Positions 29,514-39,073 of a stretch of 64,000 nt of DNA are shown piece by piece (the first letter of the stretch is position 1; each line of letters begins with the position of its first letter). The notes beneath the pieces were generated by a model that worked only from the letters and a program-made list of their open reading frames with translations, did no database searches and was not told where the DNA came from. The position numbers were made by a program, and so were the translations under genes. Source of the DNA: an uncultured Pseudomonadota bacterium (GTDB taxonomy: Bacteria; Oederibacteriota; Muellerivitia; Muellerivitales; Muellerivitaceae); NCBI GenBank assembly GCA_963836235.1, contig CAWIIP010000002.1, positions 896,001-960,000 of the forward strand, read 5' to 3'.

Positions 29514-30353
29514 TCATTCAACTTTATTCAAATCAGAATCTATCTCTTTTTTTCTTTCCCGTGACCGACCTTTATTTCTTTCCATTTTTAATTCTTTAAC
29601 TTCGTTGGTAAATATTTTTTTAAAATTGGAGGAGACATAAAGCAAATCATCCCCAAAAGGCGTTTCCTCCGAGCCCGTTGAATAACTTCTCAACAAGTAA
29701 ACTTCCGTTTTGCTCTTGAAAAATTTATAGGCTTTTTCGACATCCGTTCTATTGATCCCATTCTCCCAACTCAATTCTTTACAAAGCACAGGAGAACCGT
29801 ATTTTCGGGAAAGTGTTTGTTTGATGTTAAGAAAATCTGTAGATTCAATTTGGCTTTCAGCCATAACTAGTTTCGATTCATAGAAGATATAGTGAACTTC
29901 CTTATCAGAAATACTCTGAAATTTATTGGGGCAAAGCTCGCTATCAGGACTATGGGCCACTACGTTCGGATCAGTATCTTCCGGCACGCCCAATATTAAA
30001 TAAGTTAATCTGGAATCCCAATCACTACCAAGAATGTCCGGACTCTTAATTTCTATTTCTCCTGCGTTTGGATATTCCCCTTTTTCATCCCAGACCTTAA
30101 TTTTTCTCAACTCGACAAAATCATTAATTGATGTTCCCCAAGGAACTCCTTTGTAACCTTCGCCGGTTAATGCTTTACGTCCCATAGCTTGTTTACTAGG
30201 CGTATCCATTGGAATTGATGAAGCAATTGTGGGTGTATGAGTTTGAACAAAATCCGGGGATAAAACCTTTGTTGACGAGTCTTGGCCCATAACAACACCT
30301 TCAACCAAGAAGCCTACAAATACCAAGCTGATAAAAGCCTGAAGTCTATTCAT
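29514..30353 (-). CDS. Secreted hypothetical protein
   Basis: Signal peptide, GAGG RBS, YKGVPWGTS motif. Confidence 0.65.
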   Translation of the reverse strand: MNRLQAFISLVFVGFLVEGVVMGQDSSTKVLSPDFVQTHTPTIASSIPMDTPSKQAMGRKALTGEGYKGVPWGTSINDFVELRKIKVWDEKGEYPNAGEIEIKSPDILGSDWDSRLTYLILGVPEDTDPNVVAHSPDSELCPNKFQSISDKEVHYIFYESKLVMAESQIESTDFLNIKQTLSRKYGSPVLCKELSWENGINRTDVEKAYKFFKSKTEVYLLRSYSTGSEETPFGDDLLYVSSNFKKIFTNEVKELKMERNKGRSRERKKEIDSDLNKVE

Positions 30354-30452
30354 TTGGCACCTCTTTTAAGGCTTATAAAAGGGAAAAGCCTATTTCTATA
30401 TTCACACTATGGTGTGTGGTTAATAGCCTACCATCGGAATTTAATCGGGGGT

Positions 30453-30671
30453 ATGAAAAATGACATCGCTAAGAAATTTGGCTAAAATCTAAGGCGGTTG
30501 CGGAAGAAAAAGGGGCTCTCTCAAGAAGAGCTTGCTTTTAAATCTAATTCTCACCACAACTACATCAGTTTTTTAGAACGTGGTGAGCGAAATGCCACCG
30601 TTCCCAAGATCGTTCAGATCGCCAATGCCCTCGGTTGCAAGGCTTCCGATCTTTTTAAAGGGCTTCAATAG
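30453..30671 (+). pseudogene. XRE/C-protein-like HTH regulator with nonsense codon 11
   Basis: MKNDIAKKFG*NLRRLRKKKGLSQEELAF...YISFLERGERN; not in the ORF track. Confidence 0.8.
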
Positions 30672-30719
30672 TTCGATAGAATTAGACCTCTAACTTTCAT
30701 CTCGAAATCTGGGTATCTA

Positions 30720-31319
30720 ATGGAATCTGAAATTCGAAAGTATTCACCCGAAGCGTTTCAGGAGGAGCGAAAACTCTGGAGGGATTTTTTTAATAGCCCA
30801 AGAAAGCCAAAACAAGGAGTATGGCCAGAAACAGGCCCCAAAAAAGTAACCTTCCTTATTGAACCCGACCAAATCGAGCCAGATTCATCTTCATGGCCCC
30901 CACATGTCGATTTTAAAAAAGTCGATTTCAATCAACCTTTGACTGTTCAAAAAATATATCGGCCAATAAGCTCTGATGAAACAACCGATACAACCAAAAA
31001 GAAATTAGCACCATCAGATGATTTTCGCCGTTTCAAATATAAGGACGTTGAATTCCAATTCACTTACCAGCAATCCTTGATCGTCAAAGAATTGTGGGAG
31101 AATTTTGAAAAGGGAAATGAAGTAGGACTTTACTTTCGAACTGTCATCAAAACAGCCAATAAAAAGATTGCTGAACGGAATAAACTTCTGCCTTCCAACG
31201 AGCAACAGGAATCATCGATACCAGTCAAAAAGAAAATGCTCCAAATATTTGAAAATCACCCAAACTGGAAAAAACTGATTGAACAAGTAGGTCGTGGTTA
31301 TTACAAGTGGATCAAATAA
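30720..31319 (+). CDS. Hypothetical protein, possible C-terminal winged helix
   Basis: 199-aa ORF in the element core; FTYQQSLIVKELW...GRGYYK. Confidence 0.55.
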   Translation: MESEIRKYSPEAFQEERKLWRDFFNSPRKPKQGVWPETGPKKVTFLIEPDQIEPDSSSWPPHVDFKKVDFNQPLTVQKIYRPISSDETTDTTKKKLAPSDDFRRFKYKDVEFQFTYQQSLIVKELWENFEKGNEVGLYFRTVIKTANKKIAERNKLLPSNEQQESSIPVKKKMLQIFENHPNWKKLIEQVGRGYYKWIK

Positions 31320-31470
31320 TGACTTTTTGATGTTCCTTCTACTTCTGGTCCCGACCCAAAATCGACCCTCTTTGACCTGATACATACCCCAACAGCTTCT
31401 AATATCGCCCTCAAACACTACCAACAAGGACTACATCCCTTTTAAGGGACGATCCTGTTGTTTAAGAGGT

Positions 31471-32634
31471 TTGAGAATGGACACAAATCCCAGTATTCGA
31501 CGAAATTCTTTACCACGAGAAAACAATAATATTATGTCAGTTGGTAGAGAGCTGTATCAGCTCCCTGAGGATGGGGAGCGAAAAAATGGACTTATCCAGT
31601 GTGACCGACTGAGGATTGAACTACCGCTTGGAGCTGGAGTGGAGCTAAGGACGGAACTGGCAGAGGAACAATTTGGAATGCGGGGAGACGAGCAGGTTTG
31701 GCAACAAGGCATACTTGCTATTCCGCCCCATCTACATAAACAGGGTCTTATAACTGCAAAGACAAAGAAACAGACGATTGTTTTAGATATAAGCCCGAAA
31801 CTACTTCCTTCTTACCCCGATCTTTTTAACCGAACCAATATCCTCAGCATTCTTCAACCACTTTCAGAAGTTGTCGCTATTGAAGCTGAGGCTTTTCAAA
31901 ATACCGCTAGGCTACATTATCTGGAGCTTACGGAAGACATTGGACCCCTAAACAGGCCAAAGAAACACTACCTGGCCTCGTTTCAGACCCTTTGTAATCC
32001 ACGGTTCCGTTGTCGTGTATTCAGTTCAGGGAAGGTCCTTTTCTTCAACTTCCTTGATCCCGAAACCGTTCAATACCTTGGTATTGAAAACGATCCTCTT
32101 TTTAAACTCATCGCCTATGACAAGGGTTCACAAATCCGTCGCTCCGCATCCTTTCAGCGCTTTTTAACCGAACATCCTCGCCGCCAACTCATCGAGGATT
32201 TCTTCAATGCTACTCTTCGGTTCGAACTTAAGCTCGATTCCTGGCAATCAATCCGTTTCTTTTTCAGGCTTCCAATAGCCCCTGGCCCACCCCTTCTCTT
32301 TGAAGTTTTAAATTCGGATAAGTATCCTCTGGCCGAGGCGTTCAACATCATCCGAGGTAACCAATCGGATGTTGTGCTCGATTCCTTTCCAGCTACGACC
32401 CTATCAAAATCCCGTGGAGTTATTACTCAACAATGGCTCGATGCTCTAATTATCCGCCTCAACTATGACATCCAACTCGTTTTCGCCCACATAAGAGCCA
32501 TCTTCAAAGGGCGTCCCACACGGCTTGAACGACTCGCCCGTGAACGAATCCGTGTTTTAAAGACAACCGCCTCCCAAGTCCAAGCACCACTGATCTTAAA
32601 CGAAATTGATTCAATGCTCGCTGGAGGATTTTGA
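31471..32634 (+). CDS. Putative replication initiator/relaxase (Rep_trans / phage gene II-like)
   Basis: CDRLRI, LELTEDI, AYDKG, LRFEL motifs; next to excisionase; start uncertain. Confidence 0.55.
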   Translation: MRMDTNPSIRRNSLPRENNNIMSVGRELYQLPEDGERKNGLIQCDRLRIELPLGAGVELRTELAEEQFGMRGDEQVWQQGILAIPPHLHKQGLITAKTKKQTIVLDISPKLLPSYPDLFNRTNILSILQPLSEVVAIEAEAFQNTARLHYLELTEDIGPLNRPKKHYLASFQTLCNPRFRCRVFSSGKVLFFNFLDPETVQYLGIENDPLFKLIAYDKGSQIRRSASFQRFLTEHPRRQLIEDFFNATLRFELKLDSWQSIRFFFRLPIAPGPPLLFEVLNSDKYPLAEAFNIIRGNQSDVVLDSFPATTLSKSRGVITQQWLDALIIRLNYDIQLVFAHIRAIFKGRPTRLERLARERIRVLKTTASQVQAPLILNEIDSMLAGGF

Positions 32635-32876
32635 TGAACGACAAGGAAAAAAGCCCCATACCATCCACGAGCCACAATACGAAACATTTAACAGTCAATG
32701 AGGCGGCAACATTTCTGGGCATCGCCCCTGGAACTCTTCGGAATTGGGTTTCCCGTTCAAAATTCGTTGCCGACCCTTTGCCTTTTTCGAAATTCTCAGC
32801 GAGATGTTTGCGATTCCCAGCGGACCAATTGAAGGACTGGGCCGAACGACGGAGCAACAGAGGCGGAAAATGTTAG
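32631..32876 (+). CDS. Excisionase-like HTH protein
   Basis: LTVNEAATFLGIAPGTLRNW...LRFPADQLKDW. Confidence 0.82.
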   Translation: MMNDKEKSPIPSTSHNTKHLTVNEAATFLGIAPGTLRNWVSRSKFVADPLPFSKFSARCLRFPADQLKDWAERRSNRGGKC

Positions 32877-33100
32877 AGGTCTTTGAAGAGGTCCTGAAGA
32901 TTAACTTTAAGAACCTTTGCAATTGCGGCCAGAACGTCTACCGAGGCAACCCTATGTCCCTGCTCAAGAAAACCCATATAGTTGGGAGTCAAGCCTACCT
33001 TGTCGGCCAACTCTGCTTGACTGAGACCCCGTTTGCGCCGCTCCTCCGCTATAGAAGCTCCAATTTTGCAATACAGAGTGTTTTTCTTGGGTGTTTTCAT
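32873..33100 (-). CDS. XRE-family repressor
   Basis: RRKRGLSQAELADKVGLTPNYMGFLEQG. Confidence 0.9.
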   Translation of the reverse strand: MKTPKKNTLYCKIGASIAEERRKRGLSQAELADKVGLTPNYMGFLEQGHRVASVDVLAAIAKVLKVNLQDLFKDL

Positions 33101-33130
33101 TGGGGAAAGTATATTTCCTATCTGAAATCC

Positions 33131-33159
33131 TTAACACTGACTATATGTCAGTGTATAAT
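33131..33159 (+). promoter_or_regulatory. Integrase sigma70 promoter with embedded palindromic operator
   Basis: TTAACA-N17-TATAAT with ACACTGAC-TATAT-GTCAGTGT at 33134..33154, between the divergent XRE and int genes. Confidence 0.65.
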
Positions 33160-33189
33160 AAATTTTAAGTTTCGGAAAGGCAGTGTCTA

Positions 33190-34467
33190 ATGGCAACATT
33201 TCAAACGAAGCCGGATAAACGAACAGGCGGAATTAGAGCTTTCGCCGTCACTTCTATTATGGAAAAAGGAAAACGCTCCCGTCAGTGGCTTCCCCTTGGG
33301 ACGTTCCCTACAACCAGAGAAGCAAAGTCAGAATTTAATCGTGTTTCGGAACGTCTGAATCGGTATAAAGTTCTGGAAATTCATCAAGAAAGACTCGACG
33401 CCAAACTTATTCCCATCCTCACCGAAGCAATTCCCCAATACTTTACAGCCGTGGAAGGGATCAAACTTAATTCTTCGAAAGGTTTGAAGCCCTATCGTAT
33501 TGCTTTAAGCCACACTTGTCGCCTTATGGGCGATCTAAAACTAAATGAATTAACTCCGATCAGAATCGAGGGTTACATAGCCACCCGGCGTAAGGAAATA
33601 ACCTATAAACACATTCCAGTTGGGATAAAAACTGTCATGAACGAAATCGCTCAGCTTTCCAGCCTTTGCGGTTGGGCAGTGAAAAACAAGATATTGAAAA
33701 ACCATCCCTTTACCTCCCCTCAACAACTCCTTAAAGACTATTTTCCAAAGGTCGAGAAAAAGCCTAAGAACTACCTTAACCAAGAAGAACAAATAGCCAT
33801 ATTGAAGGCCTCAGAGGAAAGTCCATACGCCCGCACCATAACCAGCCTGCTTTTATTCCTCGGAATTCGACAGGGTGAATTGGCCGGATTGCGCTCTGAC
33901 GACGTTGATCTTACCCGTCGTGAAATCACCGTTCGTGCAGAAAAAACCAATGACTACAGGATTATTCCCATAGCAGGGCCATTGGTCCCAGTATTGGAAA
34001 AGCTCAAAACTCATCGTCCCGCATTTCGCAATTGGTACCCCAGGCTGACAAAACATAAGGTTTATCTAATTTGTGACGAGGAAGGAAACCCTGTTGCCGA
34101 GCCCGGAAAGCAATTGTTCAAAGACCTAGCGGTTAAGGCTGGCATCACCAAGAAGGTACACCCGCACCTTTTCCGCCACACTTTCGTATCCAACATGAGG
34201 GCGGCAGGCCTCTCGCCCTATGAGATTCAGAGCCTCACAGGCCATAAGAACGTAAGTACCCTGGAAGGGTACGGGGTCAACGCCCCTATCGACCTATTGA
34301 AGAAAATAGAGCGGGCTTATCCTGCTGTGGTCGCAGTTGAAGCCAAGAAGGTAGAAGAAAAGGTAGAAAGCCGCATCGTTCGAATAGGAACCCCAATGAA
34401 TTGGGGTACAAAAATGGCTGGGGCGGTAGGATTCGAACCTACGAATGCCAGATCCAAAATCTGGTGA
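33190..34467 (+). CDS. Tyrosine recombinase/integrase
   Basis: GIRQGE (R), K, HLFRH, GHK, Y catalytic residues; 3' end runs through att into the tRNA antisense strand. Confidence 0.93.
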   Translation: MATFQTKPDKRTGGIRAFAVTSIMEKGKRSRQWLPLGTFPTTREAKSEFNRVSERLNRYKVLEIHQERLDAKLIPILTEAIPQYFTAVEGIKLNSSKGLKPYRIALSHTCRLMGDLKLNELTPIRIEGYIATRRKEITYKHIPVGIKTVMNEIAQLSSLCGWAVKNKILKNHPFTSPQQLLKDYFPKVEKKPKNYLNQEEQIAILKASEESPYARTITSLLLFLGIRQGELAGLRSDDVDLTRREITVRAEKTNDYRIIPIAGPLVPVLEKLKTHRPAFRNWYPRLTKHKVYLICDEEGNPVAEPGKQLFKDLAVKAGITKKVHPHLFRHTFVSNMRAAGLSPYEIQSLTGHKNVSTLEGYGVNAPIDLLKKIERAYPAVVAVEAKKVEEKVESRIVRIGTPMNWGTKMAGAVGFEPTNARSKIW

Positions 34468-34489
34468 CTTACCGCTTGTCGACGCCCCA
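34415..34489 (-). tRNA. tRNA-Gln(UUG)
   Basis: 75-nt cloverleaf, anticodon arm CCAGA-TT TTG GA-TCTGG, GGTTCGAATCC, encoded CCA. Confidence 0.97.
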
Positions 34490-34604
34490 ATCTGAAACAA
34501 AAGCGCTGTTCTGGGAGGGGTGTTAATTTAATTCGGTCCGAAGGCTTAATCAAGCGTCAAATGAGGCCATTGAGGCTCCGGAAAAGCCGTGCTAACCTGT
34601 TTTT

Positions 34605-34811
34605 ATGAATGAAGACCTAACCAACGGCGCCCCCATCATCAAAAAACTTCCTTCTCTCCTTGAATTCGGGCAAAAGATGAAACAAAACGCCTATACGAAC
34701 GAATCGGAGGAACTTTTTTACACCTGTCCCCAATGCGGCCATGGCATGGTGACGAAAAAATGCAAGATCGTCTGCTATCACTGCCATTATTTCATCGGAT
34801 GTGTCGAGTAA
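34605..34811 (+). CDS. Small zinc-ribbon protein
   Basis: CPQC...C...CYHC...C; start uncertain. Confidence 0.55.
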   Translation: MNEDLTNGAPIIKKLPSLLEFGQKMKQNAYTNESEELFYTCPQCGHGMVTKKCKIVCYHCHYFIGCVE

Positions 34812-34825
34812 CTCGAAGCGGACGC

Positions 34826-35881
34826 TTAATTCTGATCAGACAAAGGATCTTTAGGATGTTTTGAATGGTGCTTTGCTTTCGAACCCTTCTTTTTCCCAGC
34901 CCCGCTTGGCAACCCCATCCCATCATCCGGTTTCGGGAATCCATTTCTTAAATCCGTCAAAAATTCAGTGACCACCTTTTCGTAAATGACGGGGTATTTT
35001 TTGTAGGTTTCCTCATGCCCCGCCTCGGGGATATAAACCAGCCGCCGGTGATGGGAGGAGGTATTTTCAAAGAGTTTCCGGACTTCTTCCGGCTTCGCCA
35101 AATCGTCGTTTTCTCCCGTGATATAAAGAACCGGCGTTTCATGGAGTTGTCCGACGACCGGCATCAGGTCCAGATCCCCCGGGGTCAGGGTAAGGCCCGT
35201 GATCAAGTCATAGGCCGCCAGGCACCGGTCCAGGAAGCCGGGCATCGAGGAAAAAGTACCGCCCATGGTCCGCCGGGACACGTAGGATTTGATATTGGCC
35301 AGCGGGCTGTCGGCGATCACCGCCTCGACCTCAGGGGCTTTGACGGCGGCCCGAAGGGCGCTGATGGCCCCCAGGGAAAAGCCGAAAAAAACCACCGGCT
35401 TCCGCAAGGCGTGTCGACTGTCCAGGTAAGCCTCCGCCGCCAGGTAATCGCCGGCCTCCAAAAGCCCTCCCGAAACCGGGCTATTGCCGCTTAAACCCTC
35501 GCCCCTTTGGTCGAAAAGAAGCGTTTGATAGCCCAAACGGAAGAGAAAGGCGGCCCGGCTTAAAACTTGTTCCCGGTTTTTGAAGACCCCGTGCGAGAGA
35601 AGAACCGTTCCCAGGGGCTTTTGGGAAGCTGGAACGGGGATCCACCATCCGGAAAGGGTGATCCCGTCCGAAGTCGTAAAGGAAACGTCCTCGTAATGAT
35701 CCAACCCATAATCCTTGGGAGTTTCCGTGAGAGCTTTACGAACCAGGGATTTGGCGGCGATGGACCGGGCCACCTTTCCCGGCAAGATTTCATAGATAAA
35801 CCCCAACCCTCCGGCCAAAAGGGCCAACATCAGCAGGATCACCCATTTCAAAGTGGACAAAGGAGAATGGTTTTTTTTCAT
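34826..35881 (-). CDS. Alpha/beta hydrolase with N-terminal membrane anchor
   Basis: DGITLSGW, HG, GFSLG nucleophile, G.ND, GH. Confidence 0.9.
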   Translation of the reverse strand: MKKNHSPLSTLKWVILLMLALLAGGLGFIYEILPGKVARSIAAKSLVRKALTETPKDYGLDHYEDVSFTTSDGITLSGWWIPVPASQKPLGTVLLSHGVFKNREQVLSRAAFLFRLGYQTLLFDQRGEGLSGNSPVSGGLLEAGDYLAAEAYLDSRHALRKPVVFFGFSLGAISALRAAVKAPEVEAVIADSPLANIKSYVSRRTMGGTFSSMPGFLDRCLAAYDLITGLTLTPGDLDLMPVVGQLHETPVLYITGENDDLAKPEEVRKLFENTSSHHRRLVYIPEAGHEETYKKYPVIYEKVVTEFLTDLRNGFPKPDDGMGLPSGAGKKKGSKAKHHSKHPKDPLSDQN

Positions 35882-35897
35882 TAATGAACCGCCATCT

Positions 35898-36773
35898 TTA
35901 ATGGGCTCCTGTCAAAACGGTTTGAGTAGTGAACACTGAATAACCCTTCCCTTCCATGTCCTTACCTATCTTCCGCGCTTGGGACGGGTTTTCGGCCAGC
36001 CCGAAAACGGTCGGCCCGCTTCCCGAAACAAGGGCGCCTAAGGCCCCGGCCTGAAGCAGTTGTTTCTTAATCGCTTCCACTTCGGGCATCAGGAAAAAGG
36101 TGGCGGGTTCCAATCCATTGAACAAAGACCGGCCTATTTCCCCCAAGCTTCCTTCCCGCAAAATCGCCTGAAAATCACAAGCCTTCTCTCCTCCCGTTAT
36201 CTCCGCCTTACCGGATTGATAGACGGAGAGGGTGGAAAGGCCTTCGTTGGGTTTGACGAGGATCAAGGAAATTTCAGGCCCCGGCGGCCAAGGCGTGATT
36301 TTCTCGCCCCGCCCCGTGCCGAGGGCCGTTCCGCCGGTCAAAAAAAAAGGGACGTCCGAACCTAATTGGGCGGCTAGCCCGCCGAGTCTCGTTTCCCCCG
36401 CTTGCGTTTTAAAAAGCCTGTCCAAACCCAAAAGGGTGGCCGCCGCATCGCTGGATCCCCCGCCCAAACCCGCCGCCAAGGGTATTTTTTTTCTCAGCCG
36501 AATTTGAACTCCCCGTTCTTCTTTTAAAATTTCACTAAAGAATAGCTTCGCAGCCTTGAGGATTAAATTGGAATCGTCCGCGACCAAAGGGGCGGGCGAT
36601 TCCGCTATTTCCAGGCCGAGGCCTTGCCCCTCTTCGGAGAAATCCAATTCGTCGTAAAGTCCAACCGCCTGAAAAACCAAGGCAAGTTCATGGTATCCAT
36701 CGGTTCTTTTCCCGAGAACTTCCAAAACCGGGTTGATCTTCGCGGGGGTTCGAAGGGTGATCGAAGGGGTCAC
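35898..36773 (-). CDS. ispE: 4-diphosphocytidyl-2-C-methyl-D-erythritol kinase
   Basis: PAKIN, DGYHEL, IPLAAGLGGGSSDAA, LGSDVPF, SGSGPT; GTG 36773 overlaps the upstream stop. Confidence 0.95.
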   Translation of the reverse strand: MTPSITLRTPAKINPVLEVLGKRTDGYHELALVFQAVGLYDELDFSEEGQGLGLEIAESPAPLVADDSNLILKAAKLFFSEILKEERGVQIRLRKKIPLAAGLGGGSSDAAATLLGLDRLFKTQAGETRLGGLAAQLGSDVPFFLTGGTALGTGRGEKITPWPPGPEISLILVKPNEGLSTLSVYQSGKAEITGGEKACDFQAILREGSLGEIGRSLFNGLEPATFFLMPEVEAIKKQLLQAGALGALVSGSGPTVFGLAENPSQARKIGKDMEGKGYSVFTTQTVLTGAH

Positions 36774-38518
36774 AAATTGGGGGAAGCGTTCTTTTGGATT
36801 TTGGCGGAATAATCCTTGTTGTCGGGATCCAGTTGAAGCGCCTTTTTCCACTGGGCCACGGCGTCATCTTTTTGGCCCAGTTTGATGAGAACCTGGGCTA
36901 AGTGGTCGTAAATGACACCATCGTCCTTTTGCGCGCTTTTAAGAAATTTGATGGCTTTCTCGAATTGGTCTTGGGCATCCTTATAAAGCCCTTTTTGGTA
37001 ATAAACCCATCCCAAACTGTCGAGGTAATAGGAATTGTTCGGGTCCAGTTTCAAAGCGCCTTCGCAATAATTTTTCGCGTCATCCAGTTGGATGCCCTTA
37101 TCCGCGTAAGAGTACCCGATATAGTTATAAGCGTCGGCGTTGTCGGGCTGAACCGCGATGACCTTTTTCATGGCGTTAATCGCGTCGTTGAACCGCCCCG
37201 CCTTGTCCAGGAGGGCGCCCAAATTGAAATAGGCTTGGCTGAGCGTTCCGAGGTTATATTCCGGGGCCTGTTTGTTTTTATAGGCCAACTCGAGATCGAT
37301 GACTTTTTGATAGGCGGGCTCGGCGTCTTTGCTGTCGTCTTTTTCGTGGTAAATCATGGCCTGAACCAGGAGAAGGTCCGGGTGGTTCGGAACGGCTTTG
37401 AGACCGTCCGCAACCGTTTTTTCAACGTTGGCATCGTCTTTTTGTTTGTCATACAGCATCGCCAAGCGGACCCAGGCATCCACGGATTTTTCGTCGTTGG
37501 CCAGAATGGCTTTAAGCTGTTCCTCGGCGCTGGCGTATTCCTTCAATTCCTCATAGGCCGCCGCCAAACGGTAGCGCAGGAGCGCGTTGGTGGGCTGCTT
37601 GTCCAAAAGTTTTTGAAAAGTCGCGATGGCGTCGGAAAACTGCTGGAGTCTGAAATAGCAGAGACCGATGTAATCGTCCACGCTCACGTCCGAGGGCTTC
37701 AGTTTGGCGTAATGCAGGAAAGCTTCCAAGGCCTTGGGGTCGTCCTTGCTGTTGTAATAAAGCTCCCCCATGGCCAAATAAACCTGGGCGTTTTCCGGAT
37801 TGACTTTCAAAAGGTCCTGGTAAGCCGCGATCGCTTCCTGGGGTTTTTGGTCAAGCTCGTAGATCAGTCCGAGGGAGGTATAGGCCGATTCCATTTCGGG
37901 GTCCATCTCGATGGCTTTTTTGAAGGAGGCTTCCGCCTTGGCGGCCTGGTTGGACCGGGTGTAAATCAGCCCCATGTTGTAATAAACCGCGGCGGCCTTG
38001 GGATTCAACGCGAGAATTTGCTGATATTGCTCCAGGGCGTCATCGATGCGGTTTTGGCTGGCAAGAACCCCCGCCAAGTAATACCGGGCTTCGATATTTT
38101 CGGAGTCGCGCTTGATGATTTCCGAATATTCCTTTTGCGCCTTGCCATATTCCCCTTGGCTGGAAAAAAGATTGGCCAGCATCAGTCGGGTACTGACATT
38201 ATTGGGCTGAAGCTCAATGGACTTTTGCAGTTCCTCGACGCTCTTATAATCCAACCCTTCCACGTAATAATGGTAGGCCAGGCGGTCATGGATGGCGGAG
38301 GACTTGGGATCGTAACGGGCGGCCTGCTCAAACTCAATGAGGGACCGGTCCACGTCGTTCGTATGCTGAGCGTAGAGGGCGTTGACGTAATGCCAATAGG
38401 CTCGAGGATCCATCGAGAGGTCTTCCCCATCCACGTCCGCCAAAAGGAAATGGGGATGGACGAGCCCTAATCCAGCGCCTAGAAATAAAGCGCCGAGAAG
38501 ATAAATTATTTTTTTCAT
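36770..38518 (-). CDS. Tetratricopeptide repeat protein, exported
   Basis: Many TPRs; NYIGYSYAD, DSLGWVYY motifs typical of the TPR gene upstream of ispE. Confidence 0.9.
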   Translation of the reverse strand: MKKIIYLLGALFLGAGLGLVHPHFLLADVDGEDLSMDPRAYWHYVNALYAQHTNDVDRSLIEFEQAARYDPKSSAIHDRLAYHYYVEGLDYKSVEELQKSIELQPNNVSTRLMLANLFSSQGEYGKAQKEYSEIIKRDSENIEARYYLAGVLASQNRIDDALEQYQQILALNPKAAAVYYNMGLIYTRSNQAAKAEASFKKAIEMDPEMESAYTSLGLIYELDQKPQEAIAAYQDLLKVNPENAQVYLAMGELYYNSKDDPKALEAFLHYAKLKPSDVSVDDYIGLCYFRLQQFSDAIATFQKLLDKQPTNALLRYRLAAAYEELKEYASAEEQLKAILANDEKSVDAWVRLAMLYDKQKDDANVEKTVADGLKAVPNHPDLLLVQAMIYHEKDDSKDAEPAYQKVIDLELAYKNKQAPEYNLGTLSQAYFNLGALLDKAGRFNDAINAMKKVIAVQPDNADAYNYIGYSYADKGIQLDDAKNYCEGALKLDPNNSYYLDSLGWVYYQKGLYKDAQDQFEKAIKFLKSAQKDDGVIYDHLAQVLIKLGQKDDAVAQWKKALQLDPDNKDYSAKIQKNASPNL

Positions 38519-38534
38519 GGGATTTGGTTCCGGT

Positions 38535-38987
38535 CTAGATTTGTTTGATGGATTCGTTGGCTTTGCGCACGCGTTCGTTGGCTATTTTCAGGAAGAAGAG
38601 CAGTATTTTCAAGGCGGTCGAGGGCTGTTTCTCCAGCAGGGTATTAAAGGCTTTCTTGGTCATCACGAGGAGGCTGGATTCTTCCGCCACCCGGGCCGTG
38701 GCGGTGCGGGGCCGATTGTCGATCAAGGACATTTCCCCCAAGAACTCCCCTTCTTTCAGGGTGGCCAGGACGATTTCCTGAGAGCCGGTTCCCTTCTTCG
38801 TGATGTTGACGGAACCTTTGCGGATGATATAAAGAATTTCCCCCGTCATCCCCTCGACAAATAAGGTGGAGTTCTTAGTGTAGGCTTTCTCGAAAAAAAG
38901 CGGGGCTATATTGGCCAACTCGATGGAAGTCAGGTCGGCAAAAAGTGGCAAGGGTTTTAAGGATTCAACTTCTAATGGGGCGGCCAT
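38535..38987 (-). CDS. Cyclic nucleotide-binding domain protein
   Basis: GEFLGEMSLID..PRTATA. Confidence 0.9.
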   Translation of the reverse strand: MAAPLEVESLKPLPLFADLTSIELANIAPLFFEKAYTKNSTLFVEGMTGEILYIIRKGSVNITKKGTGSQEIVLATLKEGEFLGEMSLIDNRPRTATARVAEESSLLVMTKKAFNTLLEKQPSTALKILLFFLKIANERVRKANESIKQI

Positions 38988-39073
38988 ATTGCCTCTTCAC
39001 AGGTATTGATGGATGGGATTATAGCACCCATTTCGGCCTAAACAGGCCTCTTCCAAGGGACTTGGGTCTCTTT

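Larger units (their letters stand above)
12481..34437. mobile_element. ~22-kb integrative element (genomic island) inserted in tRNA-Gln
   Basis: 23-bp direct repeats; tyrosine integrase, excisionase and Rep-like gene next to the tRNA; AT-rich cargo; three ISs. Confidence 0.9.

Noticed and set aside
36902-38470. 522-aa plus-strand ORF
   Set aside because: Antisense shadow of the TPR gene; no motifs
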